From the NCBI GenBank assembly GCA_947460085.1, contig CANHGA010000001.1, forward strand, positions 1 to 43,377: DNA of 43,377 nucleotides, read 5' to 3'. Below, one piece after another: positions 9,907 through 17,310 of the stretch. This stretch comes from Synechococcaceae cyanobacterium (GTDB lineage Bacteria > Cyanobacteriota > Cyanobacteriia > PCC-6307 > Cyanobiaceae). Position 1 is the stretch's first letter. Every line of letters begins with the position of its first letter. The position numbers and the translations under genes were made by a program. The notes below the pieces were generated by a model that made no database searches, was not told the origin of the DNA, and worked only from the letters and a program-made list of their open reading frames with translations.

Positions 9907-11067
9907 CTAGGTGCCGCCCCCATCAAGCTCAGCCCGCCCCACACCAGCGAGCTCAGCAAAAAGCGGCCGCCCCACGGGGCCCTGGGCACAGAGCTGGCGG
10001 GAGCGGTCAAACAGCACAGCGCCCACCGCCATCCCAACCTGGCCATAACGGGCCAGGTAATCGAGGGACCGTTGCTCAATCGCCGCCGCCACCCGCTGGC
10101 GCAGGCGTTCGGCCCGCCCCGGATCAGTGGCGCCCAACGCAGCCAGGGCCTGTTCCACCGTGGGCGCCCCATGCAAGGCAGCCAACGCTGGGCCGCCCAG
10201 GCCATCGAGGGCGGCAAAAGCCGTGAGCACCTCGGCGCGCCCATCGGCCAAATGGTGGTGGGTATGGAAAATCCCACCCGCCAATTTGATCAGCTTTCCC
10301 TGGTAGCCAAACAGCAGCAACCGCCGCACCCCCGCCTCTGCCGCCGCCACCAGCAACGGCCCCAGCCAATTGCCTGCCTTCAGCAACAACCCAGGGGGTA
10401 AGCCGAGCTGGGGCGCCAAATCCAGGCCGTTTTCGCCAATCACCAACACCAGATCACCGCCAAACTCTGCAGCCGCGGCCCGCAACCGCAGGGCTGCCAG
10501 GGCCTCAGCCAATTGCTCCGGCGCTGCGCTGCGCTGCACCGTGGCCTGGGTGCCAATCAGGGCCAAGCCTTCCACCACCCCAAACGCCGCATTGCTGGTG
10601 CGCTCCGCCAAGCGGCGGCCCCTGGGGAAAATCACCTGCACCCGCAAACCCCGACCAGCGGGCACGAGGGCCCTGAGATTGGCCTCCAGCAGAGCCCGGG
10701 CGTAGGCCGAGAGGCACAGCTCGCCGGTGGCCGCATGGATACCGGCGCCCTCCCCGGCATCAATCTGAAGCCAAACCTCCTCTGAACTGGGGGACCACCA
10801 CGAGACTTCCGCCCACACCACCAGGCCCCGGGTGAGATCCAGGCCCTCCCCCGGTTCACAGCGGGCCACGGCCAGGGCCCGACCCGCCCCAAGGGGCGAT
10901 GCGGCCACCACCGGGATGGCCACTGGAAGCTCCTCTGAACTCAACTCTCCTGCTTCGAGCACAAGCTGCTGCTCGGCTTCGAAGGGCTCGCCCCGCAGGG
11001 CCAGCAACGCCGCCTTGGCGGCGGCGGCCACCCACACCGGCAGCGTGTAGCCCGTGGTCTCAACCAT
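9907..11067 (-). CDS. cbiD: cobalt-precorrin-5B C1-methyltransferase (ATG 11067; alternative GTG 11106)
   Basis: GYTLPVWVAAAAKAAL, RTSNAAFGVVEGLALIGT, GKLIKLAGGIFHTHHHLADGR. Confidence 0.93.
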   Translation of the reverse strand: MVETTGYTLPVWVAAAAKAALLALRGEPFEAEQQLVLEAGELSSEELPVAIPVVAASPLGAGRALAVARCEPGEGLDLTRGLVVWAEVSWWSPSSEEVWLQIDAGEGAGIHAATGELCLSAYARALLEANLRALVPAGRGLRVQVIFPRGRRLAERTSNAAFGVVEGLALIGTQATVQRSAAPEQLAEALAALRLRAAAAEFGGDLVLVIGENGLDLAPQLGLPPGLLLKAGNWLGPLLVAAAEAGVRRLLLFGYQGKLIKLAGGIFHTHHHLADGRAEVLTAFAALDGLGGPALAALHGAPTVEQALAALGATDPGRAERLRQRVAAAIEQRSLDYLARYGQVGMAVGAVLFDRSRQLCAQGPVGRPLFAELAGVGRAELDGGGT

Positions 11068-11167
11068 CAGTGCCGCCCTCGAGCCAGAAAGGCTCCCCGA
11101 TTCCACCGTTTTTTATGGTGGACCATCGCCCGGCCACGGCGCCCGCACCTCGCCTCCACCTTTTGCC

Positions 11168-12319
11168 ATGCAGGACAAACTCACGCTGATGATCCCGGGC
11201 CCCACGCCGGTGCCTGAAACTGTCCTGATGGCCATGGGCCGGCACCCGATTGGTCACCGCAGCGCCGACTTCCAAAAGATCGTCAAGCGCACCACGGAAC
11301 AGCTGAAATGGCTGCACCAAACCAGCTCGGATGTGCTGGTCCTGGCAGGCAGTGGCACGGCCGCCATGGAGGCGGGAATCATCAATGTGCTGAGCAAGGG
11401 TGACAAGGTGCTCTGCGGCGACAACGGCAAGTTCGGCGAGCGTTGGGTAAAGGTGGCCCAGGCCTACGGCCTCGACGTCCAGGTGGTGAAGGCGGAATGG
11501 GGCCAGCCCCTGGATCCGGAAGCGTTCCGCACTGCCCTGGAAGCCGACAGCGCCAAGGCCATCAAGGCCGTGATCGTCACCCATTCGGAAACCTCCACCG
11601 GGGTAATCAACGACCTGGAAACCATCGCTAAGCACGTGTTGGCCCATGGTTCGGCCCTCACCATCGCCGACTGCGTCACCAGCCTGGGCGCCTGCGATGT
11701 GCCCATGGACAAGTGGGGCCTCGACGTGGTGGGTTCGGGCTCCCAAAAGGGCTACATGATGCCGCCAGGCCTGGCCTTTGTGGCCATGAGTGAGAAGGCC
11801 TGGGCTGCCTACGCCCACTCCGATCTGCCGAAGTTTTATCTGGACCTGGGCAAGTACCGCAAGGCTGCCGCCGACAACAGCAATCCCTTCACGCCCCCCA
11901 TCAACCTCTACTTCGCCCTGGAGGCCGCCCTCGAGATGATGCAAGAGGAAGGGCTGGAGGCGATCACGGCGCGCCATGACCGCCACCGTCGGGCTGCCCA
12001 AGCCGGCATGAAAGCCATGGGCCTGCCCCTCTACGCCGCCGAAGGCCACGGCAGCCCAGCCATCACCGCCGTGGCACCGGAAGGCATCGACGCCGAGAGC
12101 CTGCGCAAAAAGGTGAAAGAGCGCTTCGACATCCTGCTGGCAGGGGGCCAAGACCACCTCAAGGGCAAGGTGTTCCGTATCGGCCACCTGGGCTTTGTCT
12201 GCGACCGCGACGTGCTCACCGCTGTGGCCGCCATCGAAGCCACGGTGCAGGGGTTGGGCCTGGCCACAACTCCCACCGGCAGTGGCGTTGCCGCAGCTGC
12301 CGCTGAGCTTGCCAAGTAG
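11168..12319 (+). CDS. class V PLP-dependent aminotransferase (alanine/serine-glyoxylate family; 'soluble hydrogenase 42 kDa subunit' type)
   Basis: LMIPGPTPVP, HSETSTG, DCVTSLG, PLP-lysine motif GSQKG, FRIGHLG. Confidence 0.93.
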   Translation: MQDKLTLMIPGPTPVPETVLMAMGRHPIGHRSADFQKIVKRTTEQLKWLHQTSSDVLVLAGSGTAAMEAGIINVLSKGDKVLCGDNGKFGERWVKVAQAYGLDVQVVKAEWGQPLDPEAFRTALEADSAKAIKAVIVTHSETSTGVINDLETIAKHVLAHGSALTIADCVTSLGACDVPMDKWGLDVVGSGSQKGYMMPPGLAFVAMSEKAWAAYAHSDLPKFYLDLGKYRKAAADNSNPFTPPINLYFALEAALEMMQEEGLEAITARHDRHRRAAQAGMKAMGLPLYAAEGHGSPAITAVAPEGIDAESLRKKVKERFDILLAGGQDHLKGKVFRIGHLGFVCDRDVLTAVAAIEATVQGLGLATTPTGSGVAAAAAELAK

Positions 12320-12360
12320 GCCCAAGGGGCTAATCGCAACAGTCGATCAACCCTTCAATT

Positions 12361-12389
12361 GCAAGTCCACCCCCAAGCGGTGGACTTGC
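12361..12389. repeat. perfect 11-bp inverted repeat (hairpin) upstream of tRNA-Gly
   Basis: GCAAGTCCACC-cccaagc-GGTGGACTTGC. Confidence 0.8.
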
Positions 12390-12403
12390 TAGGGTTAAAC
12401 AAT

Positions 12404-12475
12404 GCGGGTGTAATTCAGTGGTAGAATGTCAGCTTCCCAAGCTGAACGTCGCCGGTTCGAGTCCGGTCACCCGCT
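12404..12475 (+). tRNA. tRNA-Gly (CCC); CCA end not encoded
   Basis: Acceptor stem GCGGGTG/CACCCGC, D-loop AGTGGTA, anticodon arm TCAGC-TTCCCAA-GCTGA, T-arm CCGG-TTCGAGT-CCGG. Confidence 0.98.
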
Positions 12476-12494
12476 TGAGCGAATCCATTCATTC

Positions 12495-12520
12495 AAACCG
12501 TTTTTGAAAATTCGGTTTTT
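12495..12520 (+). terminator. probable intrinsic terminator after tRNA-Gly
   Basis: Imperfect stem AAACCG...CGGTTT followed by a T-run. Confidence 0.5.
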
Positions 12521-12570
12521 ATTGTCCAGGGCAGGGCGATCTGACCTGGAACCTTCTTTAGATCTGGGCC

Positions 12571-12798
12571 CTAGTGGCGGGGTTTGATCAACTGCAGCAC
12601 CTGGGGGCCCTTGGCCGCCATGCGCCTTTCACAGTCGAGGGCAGCCAGGATGGCCCGACCCGCCTCGCCAAGATCACCGGCTTCTGCTGCCTGCTGGGCA
12701 ACGGCCTCATGGCGCTGGATCGACTGCTGGAGCTGGTCTCGCTCACCACCAAGAGCATTGGCTGCAAGGGGCTTTTGATTCAACAGTGTGGCCGACAT
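12571..12798 (-). CDS. small hypothetical protein (75 aa)
   Basis: ATG 12798; helical; C-terminus ILAALDCERR...GPQVLQLIKPR resembles small picocyanobacterial proteins as I recall them. Confidence 0.7.
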   Translation of the reverse strand: MSATLLNQKPLAANALGGERDQLQQSIQRHEAVAQQAAEAGDLGEAGRAILAALDCERRMAAKGPQVLQLIKPRH

Positions 12799-12965
12799 CC
12801 GGAGGGTTGGGAATGGAGAACGTGCATCCTTCAACAGGCTTGACCAAGCAGCATCGCTTGCAGCCAAACTGTATACGCACTATCAATCTAATTAAAGCTT
12901 AGGGCTTCATCCATTAAAATGGTGATGCTTGTGTAGCCAAATTCAAACCAATAGCTACCTGAAAA

Positions 12966-13172
12966 TTAGGTACCGGGCTCTTCCTGATTGCCCCCCAAGG
13001 CGGCAATTTGTTCGCGCAGACTTTGGGAACGGGGCCCATCACCCCTGGTCAGGGCAACGGCAAGGGCAAATTCGAGCTTCTCCAGGGTGTGCTCTCCCCC
13101 ATTGGCTGGGGGCTGTGCCGGATGGGCTGGGGGCTCTGCCCCGTGGGCAGGATGGGAAGAAGGAAAGGCCAT
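12966..13172 (-). CDS. small hypothetical protein (68 aa)
   Basis: ATG 13172; Pro/His-rich N-terminus, then LEKLEFALAVALTRGD...LREQIAALGGNQEEPGT (UVR-like helical hairpin). Confidence 0.65.
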   Translation of the reverse strand: MAFPSSHPAHGAEPPAHPAQPPANGGEHTLEKLEFALAVALTRGDGPRSQSLREQIAALGGNQEEPGT

Positions 13173-13231
13173 GGCTGGCTTTCTTCCCATTCTGGCATTG
13201 GTGCCAAGGGGAGTAGCGGGCATGCCAACCC

Positions 13232-13477
13232 CTAAGCCATCGGCGAGCTGGACCCTGGATCCATCTCCAAGAGATGGCGGCAATCGGTCAACAGACGCTC
13301 CACGTTGTCGAGGCTGGAGATCTCCTGGGGATCCCGTTCAGCAGAGCGATCCAGCTGCAACTCAAGGGCCGCCAAACGCTGCTCCAATCGCACCAGCCGG
13401 TGGGAAAGGGCATGGATCGTTTCGGCCAGATCTTCTGCATTGCGGCTAATGCGGAAGGAAACCGAGTCAGAAGCCAT
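13232..13477 (-). CDS. small coiled-coil hypothetical protein (81 aa)
   Basis: ATG 13477; heptad pattern LAETIHALSHRLVRLEQRLAALELQL. Confidence 0.7.
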   Translation of the reverse strand: MASDSVSFRISRNAEDLAETIHALSHRLVRLEQRLAALELQLDRSAERDPQEISSLDNVERLLTDCRHLLEMDPGSSSPMA

Positions 13478-13557
13478 GGCGACACTGGCAGTAGAGCCGA
13501 TCACAGCACACATCCCTGCCTTGGCCAAGGGCAAACTGATGGCTTGGGAGTGCATCG

Positions 13558-14079
13558 ATGACCCAGCTCTGGCATTTGCTGCTCTATGGCCTGGCCGGCA
13601 CAGGGGCGGGCCTTCTGGCCCTCAAAACCGGTATCCCTGCAGCCCCGCTGGCGGGAGCTTTGCTCGGGGCCGCCCTGGTGAGCATGGGCGGCCGCCTGGA
13701 GCTGGCGCAATGGCCCCATGGCACCCGGACGGTTCTCGAAATCGGGATTGGCACGGTGATTGGTACTGGCCTGACAGCAGGGGCATGGGCGGAGCTCAAG
13801 CAGTTGTGGCGCCCGGCCCTCCTGATCACCTTGGCCCTGGTGCTCACCGGTTTGGTGGTGGGACTTTGGTCCAGCCGGCTGCTGGGCATCAACCCGGTGA
13901 TTGCGGTCCTGGGCGCAGCGCCGGGGGGCATCAGCGGCATGAGCCTGGTGGGGGCTGAATTTGGGGTGGGGGCGGCGGTGGCAGCCCTCCACGCCGTGCG
14001 GCTGATCACCGTGTTGGTGGTGATGCCCCTGGTGGTGAAAGTGCTGCTGCCCATGGGCCAAAGCCCACCGCCTAGCTAG
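13558..14079 (+). CDS. AbrB-family integral membrane protein (single-repeat form; not the DNA-binding AbrB)
   Basis: Highly hydrophobic; GIPAAPLAGALLG, LGAAPGGISGMSLVG, VAALHAVRL motifs. Confidence 0.8.
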   Translation: MTQLWHLLLYGLAGTGAGLLALKTGIPAAPLAGALLGAALVSMGGRLELAQWPHGTRTVLEIGIGTVIGTGLTAGAWAELKQLWRPALLITLALVLTGLVVGLWSSRLLGINPVIAVLGAAPGGISGMSLVGAEFGVGAAVAALHAVRLITVLVVMPLVVKVLLPMGQSPPPS

Positions 14080-14131
14080 CTCCTGAGATCATCGATACCT
14101 TGGGGCGTCTTGCATTCGCCCGTCCCAGGCC

Positions 14132-14566
14132 ATGGCCCTGCCCAACCTTGCCCGCTTCAACCGCCTGGCCCTGCCCCTAGCCGTTGCTGCCACCTTGGGA
14201 TTGGCAGGCATCCAACTGGTCGGGGGCCCCAGCCGCGCCCAAACCAGTGAGGGCACCGTGATGGTCAGCCCTGGGGCCAAGGGCGCCCAGATGTATTGCT
14301 TCATGCGGGCCAACGGCAACACCAATCAGGTGAGTTGGGATGCGGCCTATGCCCTGATTAAGCGGCAAAGCGATAAGTGGTTCAAAACCTCCCACGAGCA
14401 CGCATCAGTGATGATCGCTGAGGCTGTTGTTCAGGACCCAGGCAAATTCCCCGATTGTGGGCGCTATCTCGGAGACCTCTTTGCCAAACCTGAGCCCAAG
14501 CCAGATCCCAAAACCGAAGCACCAGCAACCACCGGAGCGCCAGCGAGCAGCCGCAGTGGCCGCTAG
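14132..14566 (+). CDS. exported hypothetical protein (DUF6554-like)
   Basis: Signal peptide, KGAQMYCFMRANGN...SWDAAYALIKRQ...HASVMIAEAVVQDP, Pro/Lys-rich tail. Confidence 0.7.
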   Translation: MALPNLARFNRLALPLAVAATLGLAGIQLVGGPSRAQTSEGTVMVSPGAKGAQMYCFMRANGNTNQVSWDAAYALIKRQSDKWFKTSHEHASVMIAEAVVQDPGKFPDCGRYLGDLFAKPEPKPDPKTEAPATTGAPASSRSGR

Positions 14567-14984
14567 GAGCTCAAAACGGTCTTGGCTCTTCACTGCCCTG
14601 GCCCTGGGGGCCATGGGGGTCCTGGTCGCCGGCTGTCGTGAAGAACCCCTGGCTGTAGCCCCCATGCGCAGCGATGACTGCCTGCGCGACATCAAGCTCG
14701 ACCAATTGGGTGAGCAACTGAAGCGCTGCGACCAGGTCGTGGCCGCCTTCCCCACCAACCCAGCGCCGCTGAACGACCGCTACCTGCTGCGCAGCCTCAC
14801 TGGCCCTGACCAGGAACGGGCAGCCTGCGCTGATATTCGTCGTGCCGCCGCCCTCGCCAGGCAGGCCAAGCCAGGCAGCTTGGATGCCCAGCTACGGACC
14901 GATCTCAACCTGCGCCTCGCCCTTTGCCAGGACGCCGCCAAGCCCGCCACCAAGCCGGCCCCTGAGCCAACAGCCAAGCCTTAA
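14556..14984 (+). CDS. putative lipoprotein with TPR-like helices (probable GTG start)
   Basis: Basic N-region, hydrophobic stretch, lipobox LVAGC and further Cys residues; overlaps the upstream gene end by 11 bp. Confidence 0.65.
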   Translation: MAARSSKRSWLFTALALGAMGVLVAGCREEPLAVAPMRSDDCLRDIKLDQLGEQLKRCDQVVAAFPTNPAPLNDRYLLRSLTGPDQERAACADIRRAAALARQAKPGSLDAQLRTDLNLRLALCQDAAKPATKPAPEPTAKP

Positions 14985-14985
14985 C

Positions 14986-16599
14986 TCACCACTCCCCCAT
15001 CAGCTCCCGGACCATCGCTGGCAAGCTGCGCCGCCTGAGCGACCGCTCCTGGCCATGCAACAGCAGGGCAATCCGCCCAGCCTTGCTCTCGATCAACCCG
15101 TCCACCAATTGGTCGGCCACCCCAAGCTGCAACCAATGGCTGGTGAGAGCGGCACCCATGCCAATCCGGTGGCAGCGGTCCTCCGCCTGCTCCGTGTCAC
15201 CGGGGGTCCAGGGCCGTTCCATCAACACCACATGGCGGGCGCGATGCAAGGTGAAACCCAAACCCCCGGTGCCATAGGTGGCGATCAGCAGCGGACTGTC
15301 GCCCCGCTGGAAGCGATCCACCTGCTGCTGCCTTTGGGCGGGGGCCAAAGCACCCGTGAGCAGGCAAGCCTGGTCAAACTGGTCCGCTAGGTGCTGGGCA
15401 GTGGCCACGAAGGCCGTGAACACCACCACCGATTCCCCCTGCCCCAACAACAGGCTCACCAGCTCTTGGGCGGCGGGCAGTTTGTAATCGGAGCCGATCT
15501 GGCGCAGGGCCGTCAGGACCGCCAACACCTCCGCCTCGCGGCGAACCTCCCCCAGGGCGGCCCGGCGGCGGTAATCGTCGACCTTGATTTGAAGGCGGTG
15601 CTGGAAGCCATCCCCCTCGGCCTCCGCGAGCTCCACCGCCAGCAGGCGCCTCTGCTTGGGCGGTAGGTCGAGGCAATCGGTTTTGCTGCGGTGCAACAAC
15701 AGGGGACGGGTGAGCCGATGCAGGTCGTCCAGCCGCGTGGCGCCATTGGCCTGCCACACCTTGCGGCCGCCCTGCTCCCGCCAATGGCCCTGACAAAACA
15801 AGTCTTCGAAGGCCCGCTGATCGGCGGCCAAGGGATGGCCGATCGCCGCCAGCAAGGGAAACAGCTGGGCTGGGCGGCCATTTTTCATCGGCGTGCCCGT
15901 GAGCAACCAAATGGCCCGCAGGCGTGGATGCCGCGCCAACCGCACCAGGGCCTGGCTACGGCCGGTGGAACCGTTCTGGGCGTAATGGGCCTCATCGGCA
16001 ATCAGCACCGTGCCCGCAGGCGGCAAGGCCCGGGGCAACTTGGCCCAACTGTGGAGCTCGATGGCCAGGCCCAAGGCAGCCGCCTCGCGACGCCAATGCA
16101 GATGCAGGCCCACGGGGGCCACCACCACAATCCGGCAATCGGCAAGCCGAACCATGGCGCGGGCGGCCACCAAGGCCGTGAGGGTTTTGCCGAGGCCCAT
16201 GGCGTCCGCCAGCACGGCCCCCCGGCGGGCCAACAGCCAGCGCACCCCGGTGCGCTGGTGGGCAAACAGGGATCGGCCATCGGGCAGGGGACCCTGCAGA
16301 TCCGCCGCGGCCACCAACCGGCGATGGAGCGGCAGCGGGGGCAGGGGCTGCTGCATCCAGGCGAGCCATTCAGCCAGCTCGGGCTCCACCGGAAAGCGGC
16401 CGGCGAGGGCCTGCTCCAGGGCGGGCGCCGATTCCAACGGGAATTGCCAACAGCACCGGCGTGTTAGCCAAAGGCCCCGGGGCCGAATGGCGCGCAATTG
16501 GGCCTGGGTAACGGGATCAAACGGGCTGACGACTTCGATTTGACCCGTAGCTCCCAACCGCAGCAGGCAGCGCATCTGCGGAAGTGCAATCTTCGACAC
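14986..16599 (-). CDS. SNF2-family (SWI2/SNF2) helicase-like ATPase (start GTG 16599 or ATG 16575)
   Basis: LFAHQ, LADAMGLGKT, IADEAH, LTGTPMKN, GGLGFTL, PWTPGDTEQAEDRCHRIG. Confidence 0.92.
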   Translation of the reverse strand: MSKIALPQMRCLLRLGATGQIEVVSPFDPVTQAQLRAIRPRGLWLTRRCCWQFPLESAPALEQALAGRFPVEPELAEWLAWMQQPLPPLPLHRRLVAAADLQGPLPDGRSLFAHQRTGVRWLLARRGAVLADAMGLGKTLTALVAARAMVRLADCRIVVVAPVGLHLHWRREAAALGLAIELHSWAKLPRALPPAGTVLIADEAHYAQNGSTGRSQALVRLARHPRLRAIWLLTGTPMKNGRPAQLFPLLAAIGHPLAADQRAFEDLFCQGHWREQGGRKVWQANGATRLDDLHRLTRPLLLHRSKTDCLDLPPKQRRLLAVELAEAEGDGFQHRLQIKVDDYRRRAALGEVRREAEVLAVLTALRQIGSDYKLPAAQELVSLLLGQGESVVVFTAFVATAQHLADQFDQACLLTGALAPAQRQQQVDRFQRGDSPLLIATYGTGGLGFTLHRARHVVLMERPWTPGDTEQAEDRCHRIGMGAALTSHWLQLGVADQLVDGLIESKAGRIALLLHGQERSLRRRSLPAMVRELMGEW

Positions 16600-16600
16600 A

Positions 16601-16628
16601 TTGACACCCCTGGCACCCACGGCAAACT
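16601..16628 (+). promoter_or_regulatory. possible sigma70-type promoter for the HNH gene
   Basis: Perfect TTGACA at 16601-16606 and a weak -10 (CAAACT) 16 bp later. Confidence 0.3.
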
Positions 16629-16643
16629 TCCGCCAACCGAGTC

Positions 16644-17075
16644 ATGCAGATGCAGGCCAGGGATGCGGTTTTCCTCGAGGACCTCTGCCCCAAGCTGCGT
16701 GTCAGGCGATGGCGCCAGTCATTGCATCGCTTCACGAACCAATGCTGCATTTACTGCGGCAATCGATCCGAATCCATCGATCACGTCCATCCCCAAAGCC
16801 TTGGGGGCTTGAGTGTGACCGAAAACTGCGTACCCGCTTGCCTGGCTTGCAATGGCCAGAAGGGCGACACCGAAGCCTTTACCTGGTATCGGCGTCAGAG
16901 CTTCTACGACCCCCGTCGGGCCATGGCGATCCGGGCATGGACCGATGGGGACCTGCGCCTTGCCCTGAGGCTCCTGCAGTGGGCCAATCCCAGCCCCCCA
17001 GGGGCAAAAGACAACCAGGATCACCAGACCCTGCAGGCGTCCACACCGTTGTGGCGCTGGCAAATGGCCGCCTGA
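16644..17075 (+). CDS. HNH endonuclease (McrA-type, zinc-binding; ATG 16644 or 16650)
   Basis: CIYCG...SIDHVHPQSLGG...NCVPACLACNGQKG. Confidence 0.9.
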   Translation: MQMQARDAVFLEDLCPKLRVRRWRQSLHRFTNQCCIYCGNRSESIDHVHPQSLGGLSVTENCVPACLACNGQKGDTEAFTWYRRQSFYDPRRAMAIRAWTDGDLRLALRLLQWANPSPPGAKDNQDHQTLQASTPLWRWQMAA

Positions 17076-17278
17076 TCCCCAGGCCTCTCCGGCGCAGCGA
17101 CCACAGCCACCAGCAACAACACCGCCGCAAACAGCGCCGGCACCGTCGCTTCACGCCGCCAAGGGCGCTGCCAGGACGCGGAACGCAGGGTCCGCTGACC
17201 CAGCAGCGATTGGGACCTGGCAGACCTAGAACGGTGCCCCGCCACGCCAGCGGGCATGGAACAAAACGAAGCGGCCAT
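17021..17278 (-). CDS. small membrane/secreted protein (85 aa) with a C-terminal Cys pair
   Basis: Hydrophobic segment LFAAVLLLVAVVAA, then APERPGDQAAICQRHNGVDACRVW; preceded by a LexA-like box. Confidence 0.6.
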   Translation of the reverse strand: MAASFCSMPAGVAGHRSRSARSQSLLGQRTLRSASWQRPWRREATVPALFAAVLLLVAVVAAPERPGDQAAICQRHNGVDACRVW

Positions 17279-17294
17279 GGCTGTACTTGTGCAG

Positions 17295-17310
17295 TAATAC
17301 AGATGTACTC
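17295..17310. promoter_or_regulatory. cyanobacterial LexA (SOS) box
   Basis: tAATACAGATGTACTc; the 14-bp core has one mismatch to AGTACWNWTGTACT and lies in an AT-rich 32-bp divergent gap. Confidence 0.7.

Noticed and set aside
12404-12570. tRNA-Gly as a genomic-island attachment site
   Set aside because: No integrase is present, and I saw no repeat of the tRNA 3' end elsewhere in the window.
13558-14079. AbrB as a transcription factor or antitoxin
   Set aside because: The protein is almost entirely hydrophobic and belongs to the unrelated membrane AbrB family.
14986-17075. Helicase plus HNH as an anti-phage defence island
   Set aside because: The genes are divergent rather than operonic, host-like in composition and embedded among core genes, with no methylase or other defence genes. 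Not fully excluded; DefenseFinder or PADLOC would test it.
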